Positions 42,958 through 52,675 of a stretch of DNA of 64,000 nt are shown here, in pieces. The notes beneath the pieces are model-generated. The model saw nothing but the letters and a program-made list of their open reading frames with translations, did no database searches and was not told the DNA's origin. This DNA comes from Minisyncoccota bacterium (GTDB taxonomy: Bacteria; Patescibacteriota; Minisyncoccia; 2-02-FULL-40-12; GWA2-44-9). The DNA lies in contig DASZRH010000030.1 of NCBI GenBank assembly GCA_035549275.1, positions 1,912-65,911 on the forward strand. Reading direction: 5' to 3'. A program made the translations under genes and the position numbers. Numbering within the stretch: position 1 is the first letter of the stretch; every line of letters begins with the position of its first letter.

Positions 42958-44357
42958 AGACGCGATTGTTCGAATGCGAAGGCAGCGTTCAGCATTGTGT
43001 TCTCGTCAAAGGGTTTACCGATAAACTGGAAGCCGACGGGAAGGTTGCTGTCCCGGCCCCGGCCGCATGGGACCGAAATACCAGGAACGCCAGCCAGGTT
43101 CAGCGGCACGGTATAGATGTCTTCCAGGTAGAGCGTGAGCGGATCGGAAACTTTCTCCCCAAGCTTGAAAGCGGTATTAGGTGTTGTGGGGCCCACGATA
43201 ACGTCTGCCGATTTGAACGCTTCATCGAAATCTTTTTTGATCAGCGCGCGAATTTTTTGGGCTTTCAGATAGTACGCATCATAGTAGCCGGAAGAAAGCG
43301 CATACGCTCCTAGCATGATGCGGCGTTTTACTTCTGGGCCGAAGCCGTGGGAACGGGATTTGATATACGTATCAAGGAGCGTCTCGCTCTGGGATGCTGA
43401 ATAGCCATAGCGAATACCGTCAAAACGGCTTAAGTTTGCCGATATTTCGCTGGGAACGGCGATGTAGTAGGCGGCCAGAGCATGTTCGAAGTTTGGCAGT
43501 GATATTTCGACGATCGTCCCGCCCAATTTTTCAAGCTGAGCGATCGCTTCTTTAATGCGCTCGGAAACTTCCGGCGAAAGACCTTCCCTGAAGAATTCTT
43601 TGGGCACGCCGATTCGCAGGCCACGGATGTTGCCGTTTAGGGCAGCAGCGAAATCGGGAACTGGTCGGTTTACGGTTGTAGAATCAAAAATGTCGCGGCC
43701 GCTGATGACGTTCAGCGCCAGTGCGGCATCCGTTACGGTTTTCGTGATCGGCCCGATTTGATCGAATGAGGAAGCCATGGCGATCAAGCCATGGCGGGAC
43801 ACGCGGCCATAGGTGGGCTTGAGGCCCACCACGCCGCAAAGCGCGGCTGGCTGGCGAATGGAACCGCCGGTATCTGACCCGAGCGCAAAAACGCATAAAT
43901 CGGCGGCGACGGCGGCAGCCGAGCCGCCGGATGAGCCGCCAGGGACGCGTGTGGCATCAACCGGATTTTTGGTCGGGCCAAAGGCGGAATTTTCCGTAGA
44001 TCCGCCCATTGCAAACTCATCCATATTCGTTTTGCCCAGAAACGAAACGCCGGCTGTCCGAAGTTTTTTGATGACCGTGGCGTCGTACGCGGAGATATAG
44101 TTTTCGAGAATTTTGGAAGCGGCGGTGGTCCGAGTGCCTTCAATCAGAATGTTGTCTTTAATCGCGCACGGCACGCCGGCGAGCGAGCCCGATTGGGGCA
44201 TGTGTTCAGGCGCATCAAATATCGTCAGGTAGGCATTCAGTTCCGGATTTTCCTTCCCTATTTTCCGGTGGTAGTGGCCGAATAATTCAGCAGCTGAAAA
44301 GTCGCCTCGCTTCAGGCCTTCGGTGGTCGATGCAATTGTGAGTTTTTCAAGACTCAT
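42954..44357 (-). CDS. gatA: Glu-tRNA(Gln)/Asp-tRNA(Asn) amidotransferase subunit A
   Basis: Amidase signature GGSSGGSAAAVAADL with Ser-cisSer-Lys triad context; 467 aa; preceded by gatC. Confidence 0.9.
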   Translation of the reverse strand: MSLEKLTIASTTEGLKRGDFSAAELFGHYHRKIGKENPELNAYLTIFDAPEHMPQSGSLAGVPCAIKDNILIEGTRTTAASKILENYISAYDATVIKKLRTAGVSFLGKTNMDEFAMGGSTENSAFGPTKNPVDATRVPGGSSGGSAAAVAADLCVFALGSDTGGSIRQPAALCGVVGLKPTYGRVSRHGLIAMASSFDQIGPITKTVTDAALALNVISGRDIFDSTTVNRPVPDFAAALNGNIRGLRIGVPKEFFREGLSPEVSERIKEAIAQLEKLGGTIVEISLPNFEHALAAYYIAVPSEISANLSRFDGIRYGYSASQSETLLDTYIKSRSHGFGPEVKRRIMLGAYALSSGYYDAYYLKAQKIRALIKKDFDEAFKSADVIVGPTTPNTAFKLGEKVSDPLTLYLEDIYTVPLNLAGVPGISVPCGRGRDSNLPVGFQFIGKPFDENTMLNAAFAFEQSRL

Positions 44358-44659
44358 TTCTTGGTGAGAATGGGCTTTACTTTTATAAATCGGCCGTCAT
44401 GATCAGGCGCTTGTTCGATGAGCAAGGCATCACGCTGATGTGATAGCGGAAACTCGTTGCGCGTTTGATCGGAGCGGACTGAATTTAATAGCCCCGTGGT
44501 TTGGTACAGAGGGTCAACGCCGGAAGTATCTACGGCATTCAAGGTTTCGACGTACGTCAAAATTGAGCCGAGGTCTTTTTTGAGGCGTGTGTGCTCTTCA
44601 GATGAGAGCTGAATGCGAGCCAGGGCGGCAATATGGTCAACGTCTTTGTCGGTTAACAT
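44354..44659 (-). CDS. gatC: Glu-tRNA(Gln)/Asp-tRNA(Asn) amidotransferase subunit C
   Basis: About 100 aa; VDHIAALARIQLSSEEH...LNAVDTSGVDP typical of GatC; overlaps gatA by 4 nt. Confidence 0.8.
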   Translation of the reverse strand: MLTDKDVDHIAALARIQLSSEEHTRLKKDLGSILTYVETLNAVDTSGVDPLYQTTGLLNSVRSDQTRNEFPLSHQRDALLIEQAPDHDGRFIKVKPILTKK

Positions 44660-44677
44660 GGGTAGTAGGGTATCATG

Positions 44678-46678
44678 TTATTGTACCATGCGCAAAAATT
44701 CCTGTTCAGTAAGGATTTTGACATTTAGTTTTTGAGCTTTATCGTATTTGGAGCCCGGCTCGGCCCCGGCGACCACGTAGTCCGTTTCTGCCGAGACCGA
44801 CGAGGAGACATCTCCCCCGTTGTCTCGGATGAGAGCTTTGGCTTGGTCTCGGCTTAATGTTTCCAGAGTGCCGGTGAGGACGAATGTCTTGCCGGCGAGC
44901 TTGTGCGAGCCGGCTTTTTCCGCTTCTATCTGCAATCCGGATTTTTTGAATTTCTCAAGCAATTTTTTGTTGTATGATTTTTCGAACCAGCTTGAAATGC
45001 TGCTTGAAACTACGGGTCCGACGTCCTCGATCGCTTGGAGTTCAGCCGGGCTGGCCATCCGGAATTTTTCGAAGGTGCCAAAACGCTTGGCCAAGGTGAC
45101 TGCGGTTTCTTCACCGACGTGCGGGATGCCGAGGGCATAGATAAAACGCGATAGCGGCACGCTTTTCCGGGCGTGGATGGCGCGATACGCATTGGCAGCT
45201 GAAACCTCGGCAAACCGGTCCAGGTTCAGAAAATCTTCCGTAGTCAGACTGTACAAATCGGCGGAATCTTTGATAAGGGCCGCTTCCATGAGTTGATCGA
45301 TGAGCTTGGGCCCGATGCCGTCCATATCCAATGCCTTGCGAGAGACAAAGTGATAGACAGCTTCGCGGCGGATAGCGGGACAATCCTGATTCACGCACCT
45401 ATACGCTACTTGGCCTTCTATTTTTACGATCTTTTCGCCACAGACGGGGCATTTAATCGGCATTCGGAACTCGCGTTCTTTGCCGGTTCGCATGCCGGTA
45501 ACGACTTTCTTCACGTCGGGTATGACGTCCCCCGCTCGACCGATGATTACCGTATCCCCAATCTTGACGTCCAGGCGCCGGATTTCATCCAAGTTATGAA
45601 GGGTGGCCCGGGAAACGATTACCCCGCCCACCGCAGTCGGGCGCAGGAATGCAACCGGTGTGAGAGTACCGGTCCGGCCCACTTGGACGGAAATGTTTTC
45701 AACAACGGTTTCCGCTTCTTGCGGCGCAAACTTGTATGCGACCATGCCGCGGGGCGCTTTACCGATGACGCCGGCTTTTTCTAATTGGGAATTATCATTC
45801 ACGCTGACCACAATCCCGTCTATCTCGTACGGCAGTTTTTCTCGGATGTCTTCAATGTGTTTGTAAAACGCGTATACTCCATCGATATGCGTGCAGACTT
45901 TGCCTTCGGGATTGGTCGGAATGCCGAAGGTGTTCAATTTTTTGTATTCAGCTTCATGGGTGCGTTCGCCCGAGCCGGCGTAGGTATAAGCATAGAAAGA
46001 AAGATTCCGGCTTGCGGTGATTTTCGGATCTAATTGACGAACTGAACCGGCAACAAGATTGCGGGGGTTGGCATATATTTTTTCCCCGGCTTTCTCTTGT
46101 TCTTTGTTGATGCGGCGGAATTCTTTTTTGGTCAGGAATATTTCGCCGCGGGCGACAACTTCTGCCGGAATATCGCGGCCATGCAGTTTCAAGGGTATGC
46201 TTTCGACAGTTTTAATGTTTTGGGTGACATCTTCGCCCGTATCGCCGTCTCCCCGGGTGGATGCCTGGGCCAGAATGCCGCCTCGGTATACAAGCTCAAT
46301 GGCCAAGCCGTCCATCTTCAGGTCGCAGTAGAATTCCTGCGGCTTTGAGCCAAGCGTTTTTTCAAGGCGCTCGAGCCAATCCTGCATATCTTGTTCCGAA
46401 AACGCATCGTTGAGCGAATTCATGCGCAGCGGTTTGCCGTCCACCGTGTGGCGGACTTTGGCGAATTCTTTGGCCGGCTGGCCGGCGACGCGCTGGGTCG
46501 GAGAGTCCGGCGTGATCAAATCCGGATATTGCTGCTCAAGATCAAACAGTTCTTTTTTGAGGGAGTCGGCGGCTTCGTCCGACAGTTCCTGGCGATTTTC
46601 AACATGATACAAATAGCGATGACGATTGATCACCTCGCGAAGCTTCGCTATTCTTTTTTGCGCGTCTGCCTTGTTCAT
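44678..46678 (-). CDS. ligA: NAD-dependent DNA ligase
   Basis: Adenylation motif KMDGLA (Lys in CDLKMDGLAIEL); OB fold; zinc finger CPVCGEKIVKIEGQVAYRCVNQDC; HhH and C-terminal BRCT; 666 aa. Confidence 0.95.
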   Translation of the reverse strand: MNKADAQKRIAKLREVINRHRYLYHVENRQELSDEAADSLKKELFDLEQQYPDLITPDSPTQRVAGQPAKEFAKVRHTVDGKPLRMNSLNDAFSEQDMQDWLERLEKTLGSKPQEFYCDLKMDGLAIELVYRGGILAQASTRGDGDTGEDVTQNIKTVESIPLKLHGRDIPAEVVARGEIFLTKKEFRRINKEQEKAGEKIYANPRNLVAGSVRQLDPKITASRNLSFYAYTYAGSGERTHEAEYKKLNTFGIPTNPEGKVCTHIDGVYAFYKHIEDIREKLPYEIDGIVVSVNDNSQLEKAGVIGKAPRGMVAYKFAPQEAETVVENISVQVGRTGTLTPVAFLRPTAVGGVIVSRATLHNLDEIRRLDVKIGDTVIIGRAGDVIPDVKKVVTGMRTGKEREFRMPIKCPVCGEKIVKIEGQVAYRCVNQDCPAIRREAVYHFVSRKALDMDGIGPKLIDQLMEAALIKDSADLYSLTTEDFLNLDRFAEVSAANAYRAIHARKSVPLSRFIYALGIPHVGEETAVTLAKRFGTFEKFRMASPAELQAIEDVGPVVSSSISSWFEKSYNKKLLEKFKKSGLQIEAEKAGSHKLAGKTFVLTGTLETLSRDQAKALIRDNGGDVSSSVSAETDYVVAGAEPGSKYDKAQKLNVKILTEQEFLRMVQ

Positions 46679-46684
46679 AGCTGG

Positions 46685-47434
46685 CTAGTAGGCCTGAAGC
46701 TCATAAATGCCGATCTGGTGAGCCGTGCTTTGAGCTGAAACCCGTATTTGAGAGATTGATGCTGCTGGGAAGATCGTAATGGTGTCGCTTTCCGGACTGC
46801 CGCCCGAACCCAGTGTTGTCCACGTCGAACCGTTGTAGCCCTCAATCTGCCAGCTTGTAATATATACGTAAACGTCAGTGTGTCCATAGCCTTTTACAAC
46901 GGCATTAATTTGGCTAACTGTCTGAAGTGAACCAAGATCGACAGTATACGAAAAACTACTGAAACAGGGGTATGCCAGCGTATTCAGATCGCCGTCAGTC
47001 AGGTTGGAAGCCGGAAAATTACAGGGCTGGTGGTCTGCTATTGATTGGCTTACCGGTTTACCGAGGGCCAGATTTACCAAAGTCGCACCGCCGCTTTGGA
47101 CTTGGAGCGCGCGGCTGACGCCATGGTAGGTTCCGACCGCCTGGTGATTTAGCGGTACAATGGTGCAATCCGAAGGCGTAATTGTATAGGTGGCGCCGTT
47201 GGTGAGAGTTGGCGCGGGCCGAGCCGGGGTTTTGCCGCGGTTGGTATATAGGCACCATTCGATGCCGGTGTCGGCCGCGTAAATGGCGCTGACCGAACTG
47301 GACGCGTTGGTTGCGCTTTTAATCTTGGGCAAGAAGATAGCTGAAAGCGTTAAACTAATCAGCAGCATGCTGCCGAGAATCAAAAGCGTAAATAGCAGAA
47401 TCGACCCGGATTGTCGCTTAAAGTTCGCTTCCAA
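46685..47434 (-). CDS. pilus-associated protein with N-terminal hydrophobic anchor and discoidin (F5/8 type C)-like domain
   Basis: N-terminal hydrophobic segment overlapping the upstream prepilin gene. The C-terminal half has NLALGKPVSQS...NLTDGDLNT, matching the start of galactose-binding-like discoidin domains. It is the last gene of the pilus operon. Confidence 0.5.
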   Translation of the reverse strand: MEANFKRQSGSILLFTLLILGSMLLISLTLSAIFLPKIKSATNASSSVSAIYAADTGIEWCLYTNRGKTPARPAPTLTNGATYTITPSDCTIVPLNHQAVGTYHGVSRALQVQSGGATLVNLALGKPVSQSIADHQPCNFPASNLTDGDLNTLAYPCFSSFSYTVDLGSLQTVSQINAVVKGYGHTDVYVYITSWQIEGYNGSTWTTLGSGGSPESDTITIFPAASISQIRVSAQSTAHQIGIYELQAY

Positions 47435-47936
47435 TGTCGCGTGAGGAAACTGTGGTTTCCAGGTTAAAGGTTACTATATCTTTCCCGGTTCTGTTTTGTA
47501 TTGCGCCGATGATCGTAACGCGCGGCGTTGCTTTGTCGCTTGTCCCCGATCCCAATATGCAGAAATTCAAACGGGAAAATTGTACATCCGATGACGTGAG
47601 ATCGGTTACCACTCCGCCGGCCGTTCGCCGCAAAACGCCATTGGAAAGACTGTAGGTAACGGTGCCGTTGATAGGATGGCTGATTGTCAGCGATGTTGCC
47701 GAACAGTCGGTTGAATTCTGGTTGACGATGCTGCTGACGCGGATTTCCCGAGTCAGCAGCTCGAGAACATACAGCCCATTCTCTTGGATTTTTTGGGCGG
47801 AAAACGCTCGACGCTCGTTGTTCAATATTTGGGTAAACAGTCCGCTTGTCGCCAGAACAATGATTGAAAAAACAAATGTGGCTACCATGACTTCGACGAG
47901 TGTGAATCCTGATTGTGATGGGCTTGGTTTTTTCAT
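47418..47936 (-). CDS. minor type IV prepilin (GspJ/PilW-like)
   Basis: Class III signal: SQSGFTLVEVMVATFVFSIIVL (G-F-T-L-x-E). Confidence 0.7.
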   Translation of the reverse strand: MKKPSPSQSGFTLVEVMVATFVFSIIVLATSGLFTQILNNERRAFSAQKIQENGLYVLELLTREIRVSSIVNQNSTDCSATSLTISHPINGTVTYSLSNGVLRRTAGGVVTDLTSSDVQFSRLNFCILGSGTSDKATPRVTIIGAIQNRTGKDIVTFNLETTVSSRDIGSEL

Positions 47937-47937
47937 G

Positions 47938-48438
47938 TTATTTCCAATCGAACAAATGTTCTTCGGCTTGGACCGTCTTCACGTCGTTGCCGCGGGCAGT
48001 CCAGGAAACCTGGGATGTTATTTTCAATTCGCTGCTGCTGATGCCGAGAATCGTTATGGTGCGATAGAACTGGGTATCGGTGCCGATGGTATAGTTGTAG
48101 ACGCCGTTGTTGAGCTTCAGCGGCGGATTGGAACCGAGAGAAATGAGGGAAGTTGAATTCCATTCGACGCGGTAGGTGCCGTTGGCCAGGCCAGTGGCGA
48201 ACGCCTGACCGTTGAACCAGTTTGCGTCGCGGATTGTGCGGACCACTTCGATCCCCTCTTGGGCCAGGCCCGCTGCGATCATGTCATCGCGAATTGTCGT
48301 TGCCGCGCGCAACGAACTGTCGGACAGCTGTAGTACCGGAATTAGTGCCACGCTTAACACCACTAACGCGACAATTGCCTCGACAAGGGTAAACCCGCGT
48401 TCGCTATTGAATCTCGATTTTGCCGGAAGGATAGACAT
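47938..48438 (-). CDS. minor type IV prepilin (GspI/PilV-like)
   Basis: ERGFTLVEAIVALVVLSVAL prepilin cleavage/methylation motif. Confidence 0.7.
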   Translation of the reverse strand: MSILPAKSRFNSERGFTLVEAIVALVVLSVALIPVLQLSDSSLRAATTIRDDMIAAGLAQEGIEVVRTIRDANWFNGQAFATGLANGTYRVEWNSTSLISLGSNPPLKLNNGVYNYTIGTDTQFYRTITILGISSSELKITSQVSWTARGNDVKTVQAEEHLFDWK

Positions 48439-48982
48439 TGATGGTTTTACAGTCAGCGGGACAGGTGCCGCCGGACTTTTGGACGGTAATAGTTAACGGC
48501 GATTGGCTCAAAGAAAATACGTTATTTAAATACGTCTTGGGATCGGGCGGTTCAAAATATATATCGGAGAACGAGCCGGCAAACTGAATGCGCGAATCGG
48601 TGAATGTTTGCGATCCCAGCAAGGAGTCTTCGCTGGCGGAATAGTTCTTGTTGGTGCTTGCACAGGTGGCGGTTGCGGCATTCGGTCCTGCGTAGATCGA
48701 GAAGTGGCTTGCGTCGATATAGTGGAAACCGTACCCGCAGGGATTGTAATTGTTGTATTTGACGCTGGCAATGGCGTTGGATTGGGCATTTCGAATTGCG
48801 GCGGCGACGAGATTGGCGCCGGTTGTCAGATCAACGCGGCTTCGGGAAAAATTGCTCAAAAGAGCCGTGCTTATGATCGAGACGATGGCGATCACAACTA
48901 CCATCTCAATGAGAGTAAACCCGCGGTTATCGGAATAATTCAGCGACATAGAATATGTATTGATAGAATAGGATACAGGCAA
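48404..48982 (-). CDS. minor type IV prepilin (GspH/FimT-like)
   Basis: NRGFTLIEMVVVIAIVSIIS prepilin motif. Confidence 0.7.
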   Translation of the reverse strand: MPVSYSINTYSMSLNYSDNRGFTLIEMVVVIAIVSIISTALLSNFSRSRVDLTTGANLVAAAIRNAQSNAIASVKYNNYNPCGYGFHYIDASHFSIYAGPNAATATCASTNKNYSASEDSLLGSQTFTDSRIQFAGSFSDIYFEPPDPKTYLNNVFSLSQSPLTITVQKSGGTCPADCKTINVYPSGKIEIQ

Positions 48983-49715
48983 TTCCCGCGCTGGCGAGAA
49001 ATGTTCCCAATGGCAGCGAGGTTTTCATAGATGCCTTGCGGACAGCCAAGAGCGCCAAGGCCCAGGCGGCTCCGATCCAAATGCCAGCAATGATAACGAG
49101 CACGCCAAGCGGATAGCCGAACATAAGCCCAATCAAAAAGCCCAACTTAGCATCCCCTAACCCGATCCATTTGCCTTGGGACACCAAGTGCAGTATAGCA
49201 AAAAAAGCCCCGATCAGTAATCCAGTCAGGAAGAATTCGGCTGGCGCTGAAGTATACAGCACGTGATATGCAGAGACAATAAGAACTAGGGGCAGAATAA
49301 TGGCATCCGGCAAGATCATATATAAAAGGTCAAAGACGGCAAGTGCAAGCAAGGCAAAAGCGACGAGAATTTGGAGCGTCAAAAACACGGGAGTTCCTGG
49401 GATGTGAAAGAAGGCGATCCCAACTGCAAGAAATCCGGCAGCAAGCTCGACGCCCAGATAGCGAGGACTGATGGACCGGCGGCAATAGCGGCATCGGCCA
49501 GATAGAAATATATAACTGGCAACCGGCAATAAATCAAGCCAGCCGAGTGGGTGATGGCAATGCGGACATTCCGATCGGCCGTTCAAAGAGCGGCCGATCG
49601 GAAGCCGCCACAAAAGTGCATTCAGAAAGCTGCCGTAGATCGTTCCCCCAATGAAGGCAATAACGCCGATAGTCAGCATAGATACATTATACGAAAGAAA
49701 CAAACTCCCCGCCAC
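48927..49715 (-). CDS. pilD: prepilin peptidase (A24 family)
   Basis: N-terminal tetra-Cys zinc region CPHCHH...CRYCRR; polytopic membrane; conserved Asp-containing regions (LAVFDLLY; IGLGDAKL). Confidence 0.85.
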   Translation of the reverse strand: MAGSLFLSYNVSMLTIGVIAFIGGTIYGSFLNALLWRLPIGRSLNGRSECPHCHHPLGWLDLLPVASYIFLSGRCRYCRRSISPRYLGVELAAGFLAVGIAFFHIPGTPVFLTLQILVAFALLALAVFDLLYMILPDAIILPLVLIVSAYHVLYTSAPAEFFLTGLLIGAFFAILHLVSQGKWIGLGDAKLGFLIGLMFGYPLGVLVIIAGIWIGAAWALALLAVRKASMKTSLPLGTFLASAGIACILFYQYIFYVAELFR

Positions 49716-49747
49716 GCAAAGCGTGGCGGGGAATTAAAGATGCAATG

Positions 49748-50263
49748 CTATTTCTGGCCTTGATCGTAGACGCAATCGCGAGCAGCACCGGCGGTATACG
49801 CAGCTGTACAGACTTCAGATCCGGTACCAGTTGTTGCGCTGGCATTTAAAGCATCCCCAGACCATCCTGTCGAGTTGATATCAGCATCAGCTCCTAAGGC
49901 AGAAGCGTTCTTTTGCTCAAGTTCAGTCCAGATATGGAACTGGGTTGGGTTGGTGCTACCGTTATAAGCATAGAAGTAGCCTGCAGCAGTAACCGGGTCG
50001 ACTGGCAATGCACTTGAAGTTACGTACTTTCCAAGGTTTGTAATGTTGAGTGCAGTCGGATAGTGGCCGCCGTTATCGTCAAAGTAGAGTTCAGCCATCG
50101 TGCGGAGCTGGTTGACGTCCGCAATACGCTTAGCATCGCGAGCTTTGGCGCGGGCAACGCCGAGCTGGAGCAAGAGCAAGGTGGCCAAGACGCCGATGAT
50201 GGCGATAACGACCAACAACTCGACTAGCGTGAATCCTCGAGACAATCGTTTATACGTTAACAC
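49748..50263 (-). CDS. pilA: major type IV pilin
   Basis: [26 protein letters not shown]-terminal alpha-1 helix with G-F-T-L-x-E. 171 aa, and the highest-expression context in the cluster (own intergenic promoter region 50264-50395). Confidence 0.8.
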   Translation of the reverse strand: MLTYKRLSRGFTLVELLVVIAIIGVLATLLLLQLGVARAKARDAKRIADVNQLRTMAELYFDDNGGHYPTALNITNLGKYVTSSALPVDPVTAAGYFYAYNGSTNPTQFHIWTELEQKNASALGADADINSTGWSGDALNASATTGTGSEVCTAAYTAGAARDCVYDQGQK

Positions 50264-50395
50264 TGTAGGAAAGCCCTGGTAAAATGTTCTCCGATTGCGT
50301 AGCGAAGAAATTCCAGCCCAGAAGCATCTTAGTTACTTTACCTCCATTATAATTCCCCTGCTTGGAAGCACAAGCGACAGATATCAACAGGCATG

Positions 50396-51607
50396 CTATG
50401 AACCACCGACCAAACTGTAAATCGGAAGCAAAATACTGGAAACGAGAATAGCCACGGCAAAACCGAGAATAAGCACGATGACTGGCTCCAGGAGCTGGGT
50501 AATAGTGTTGATCGTGTTTTCAGATTCTGATTTGTAGAATTTGGCGACGTGTTCAAGCATGTAGTCGAGTTTGCCGGTGCGTTCGCCAATAGAGACCATT
50601 GAGGCAAATAGCGGTGGAATTTCAATTGCGTGCTGAATGAGAATTTCAGAGATTTTGCCGCCGCCGCGAACCTGATCTTGGGCAGCCAGCATAATATTCC
50701 GGTAATTCGTATTGCCGACCAGGTCCGCCGTAATTTGAAGCGAATCTAAAATTGGAATGCCGGATTTGACGAGCGTGGAAAGACTTTCGCCAATACGGGC
50801 CAGGAATAGGTTGCGAACAACAATGCCGATTGCCGGCGCCTTGATCATAATGTCATCGAGCCAAACCTTCCCCTCGGCGCTTCGTATAAATCGGACAATA
50901 ATAAATCCCCCAATGACGACAACGCCTAAAATGTAATACAAATAAGCGTTTACAAAGTTAGTCACCGCGATCAGGATCCGCGTCGTAACCGGGAGATCGG
51001 TGATTCCCGAGTCTTTAAAGACGGAAAGCAATTGGGGCAAGACGTATACGCCCATGATGCCGGCGACAATGATGAGCGCACCCACCACAAATGCCGGATA
51101 CGTTAAGGCGCCGCGAATCTTGGAGTTGATGCCTTGGCTGCGTTCCAAATAATCAGCCAGGTACAGCAACGATCCCTGGAGTTTCCCTGATACCTCCCCT
51201 GCTTGTGTCAGCTTGATATAGAAGGAGGAGAAGAATTTCGGATAAACGGCCAAGGCGCCGGAGAGCGAGGTGCCTGCTTCTACGCGTGATGCGACATCGA
51301 GAATGACTTTTTTGAACGGCGGTTTTTCGATCTGGGCGGCGAGCGTACGCAAGCCCTCGGCGATCGGCATATCGGCTTCGACGAGCGTAGCCAGCTGGCG
51401 CGTGAATACAACGATATCTTTGTTGTTGACGTGGGCGAAGAGATGATTGACGTCAACGTTCAGAAGGTCTTTTTTGACGGGATTAAGCGAGAATACAACG
51501 AAACCCTTGTTGTGAAGAATTGAAACGGCTGTGTTTTCATCGGGCGCATTGATGACGCCCTCGCTGATCTGGCCGGCCGGATTTTTGACCTGGTAATTAA
51601 ACTCCAT
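50396..51607 (-). CDS. pilC: type IV pilus inner-membrane platform protein PilC (GspF family)
   Basis: Two T2SS_F repeats; 403 aa; three TM segments. Confidence 0.85.
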   Translation of the reverse strand: MEFNYQVKNPAGQISEGVINAPDENTAVSILHNKGFVVFSLNPVKKDLLNVDVNHLFAHVNNKDIVVFTRQLATLVEADMPIAEGLRTLAAQIEKPPFKKVILDVASRVEAGTSLSGALAVYPKFFSSFYIKLTQAGEVSGKLQGSLLYLADYLERSQGINSKIRGALTYPAFVVGALIIVAGIMGVYVLPQLLSVFKDSGITDLPVTTRILIAVTNFVNAYLYYILGVVVIGGFIIVRFIRSAEGKVWLDDIMIKAPAIGIVVRNLFLARIGESLSTLVKSGIPILDSLQITADLVGNTNYRNIMLAAQDQVRGGGKISEILIQHAIEIPPLFASMVSIGERTGKLDYMLEHVAKFYKSESENTINTITQLLEPVIVLILGFAVAILVSSILLPIYSLVGGS

Positions 51608-52667
51608 GATAATTTCTCAAATTCTTGGGGTTAATTGAATAGAACTCCGCTTGTTCCATGGTAATTTCTTTTTGATTTACCAATCCAGCCAATGATTTGT
51701 CCAGCGAGATCATGCCCACATCCTGACTGGTTTCAATGACTAGATCAAGCTGTTGGGGACGGTTGTCGCGGATAAGCGTGCGGACCGCTGTCGTAGCCAC
51801 AAGCACCTCTACTGCCGGGATTAGTCCGCCTTGGATGCGCGGAATAAGGCGCTGGGACACGATACCCGAAAGCGTACTGGCTAGTTGAGTTCTAATTTGA
51901 GACTGCTGGCCCGGCGGGAAGCTGTCAATGATGCGTTCAATCGTTTGGGAAGCGCTGTTGGTGTGCAGAGAGGCAAAAACAAGGTGGCCCGTTTCGGCTG
52001 CGCTTACGGCTGCGCTCATCGTTTCCTGATCGCGCATTTCGCCGATCATAATAACGTTTACGTTCTCCCGGAATGTGGAACGCAGGGCGCGATCAAAAGA
52101 TAGACTGTCCTGGGGCACTTCGCGCTGATCGATGATGCTTTTGTCGGGCGTAAACAAGTATTCGATCGGGTCTTCAATGGTGACGATTTTGTCTCCCCGT
52201 TCGTGGTTGATCTCATCAATCAGACTGGCCATGGTTGTAGATTTGCCGTGGCCGTTGGGGCCGACAACAAGAACGAATCCTTGGGAAAGTTTGGTGAACA
52301 CCCGGAGGACAGGCGGCAAATTCAAGTCTTCAATCTTTTTGATTTCTTTTGGAATCAAGCGTAACGCTGCGGCCGGACCGCCGTTCGTCTGATACACGTT
52401 AACGCGGAACCGGATATCGCCAGGCGCGGAAACGGAAAAGTCGGCTTCTTTTTCGGTTGCAAAGCGCGCCGCCCGCTCCTCCCCCAAAAGGGCGTTGATC
52501 ACACTGCCAAGGATATCTTGGCTTAAGATTTCCCGGTTTGTCAGCGGCACAAGCCGGCCGTCAATGCGGAGCGTGGGATAATACGCCGGCGACAAGTGAA
52601 GATCTGATGCGTTGCTGCGCGCGGTTTCGACCAGAAGTTCTTCGAGATATTTTTTGGGGTTGTCCAT
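51597..52667 (-). CDS. pilT: twitching-motility retraction ATPase PilT
   Basis: Walker A GPNGHGKSTT; TIEDPIEY; Walker B IMIGEMRD; about 356 aa, the typical PilT size, lacking the N-terminal GSPII_E domain. Confidence 0.85.
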   Translation of the reverse strand: MDNPKKYLEELLVETARSNASDLHLSPAYYPTLRIDGRLVPLTNREILSQDILGSVINALLGEERAARFATEKEADFSVSAPGDIRFRVNVYQTNGGPAAALRLIPKEIKKIEDLNLPPVLRVFTKLSQGFVLVVGPNGHGKSTTMASLIDEINHERGDKIVTIEDPIEYLFTPDKSIIDQREVPQDSLSFDRALRSTFRENVNVIMIGEMRDQETMSAAVSAAETGHLVFASLHTNSASQTIERIIDSFPPGQQSQIRTQLASTLSGIVSQRLIPRIQGGLIPAVEVLVATTAVRTLIRDNRPQQLDLVIETSQDVGMISLDKSLAGLVNQKEITMEQAEFYSINPKNLRNYHGV

Positions 52668-52675
52668 AGATGTGG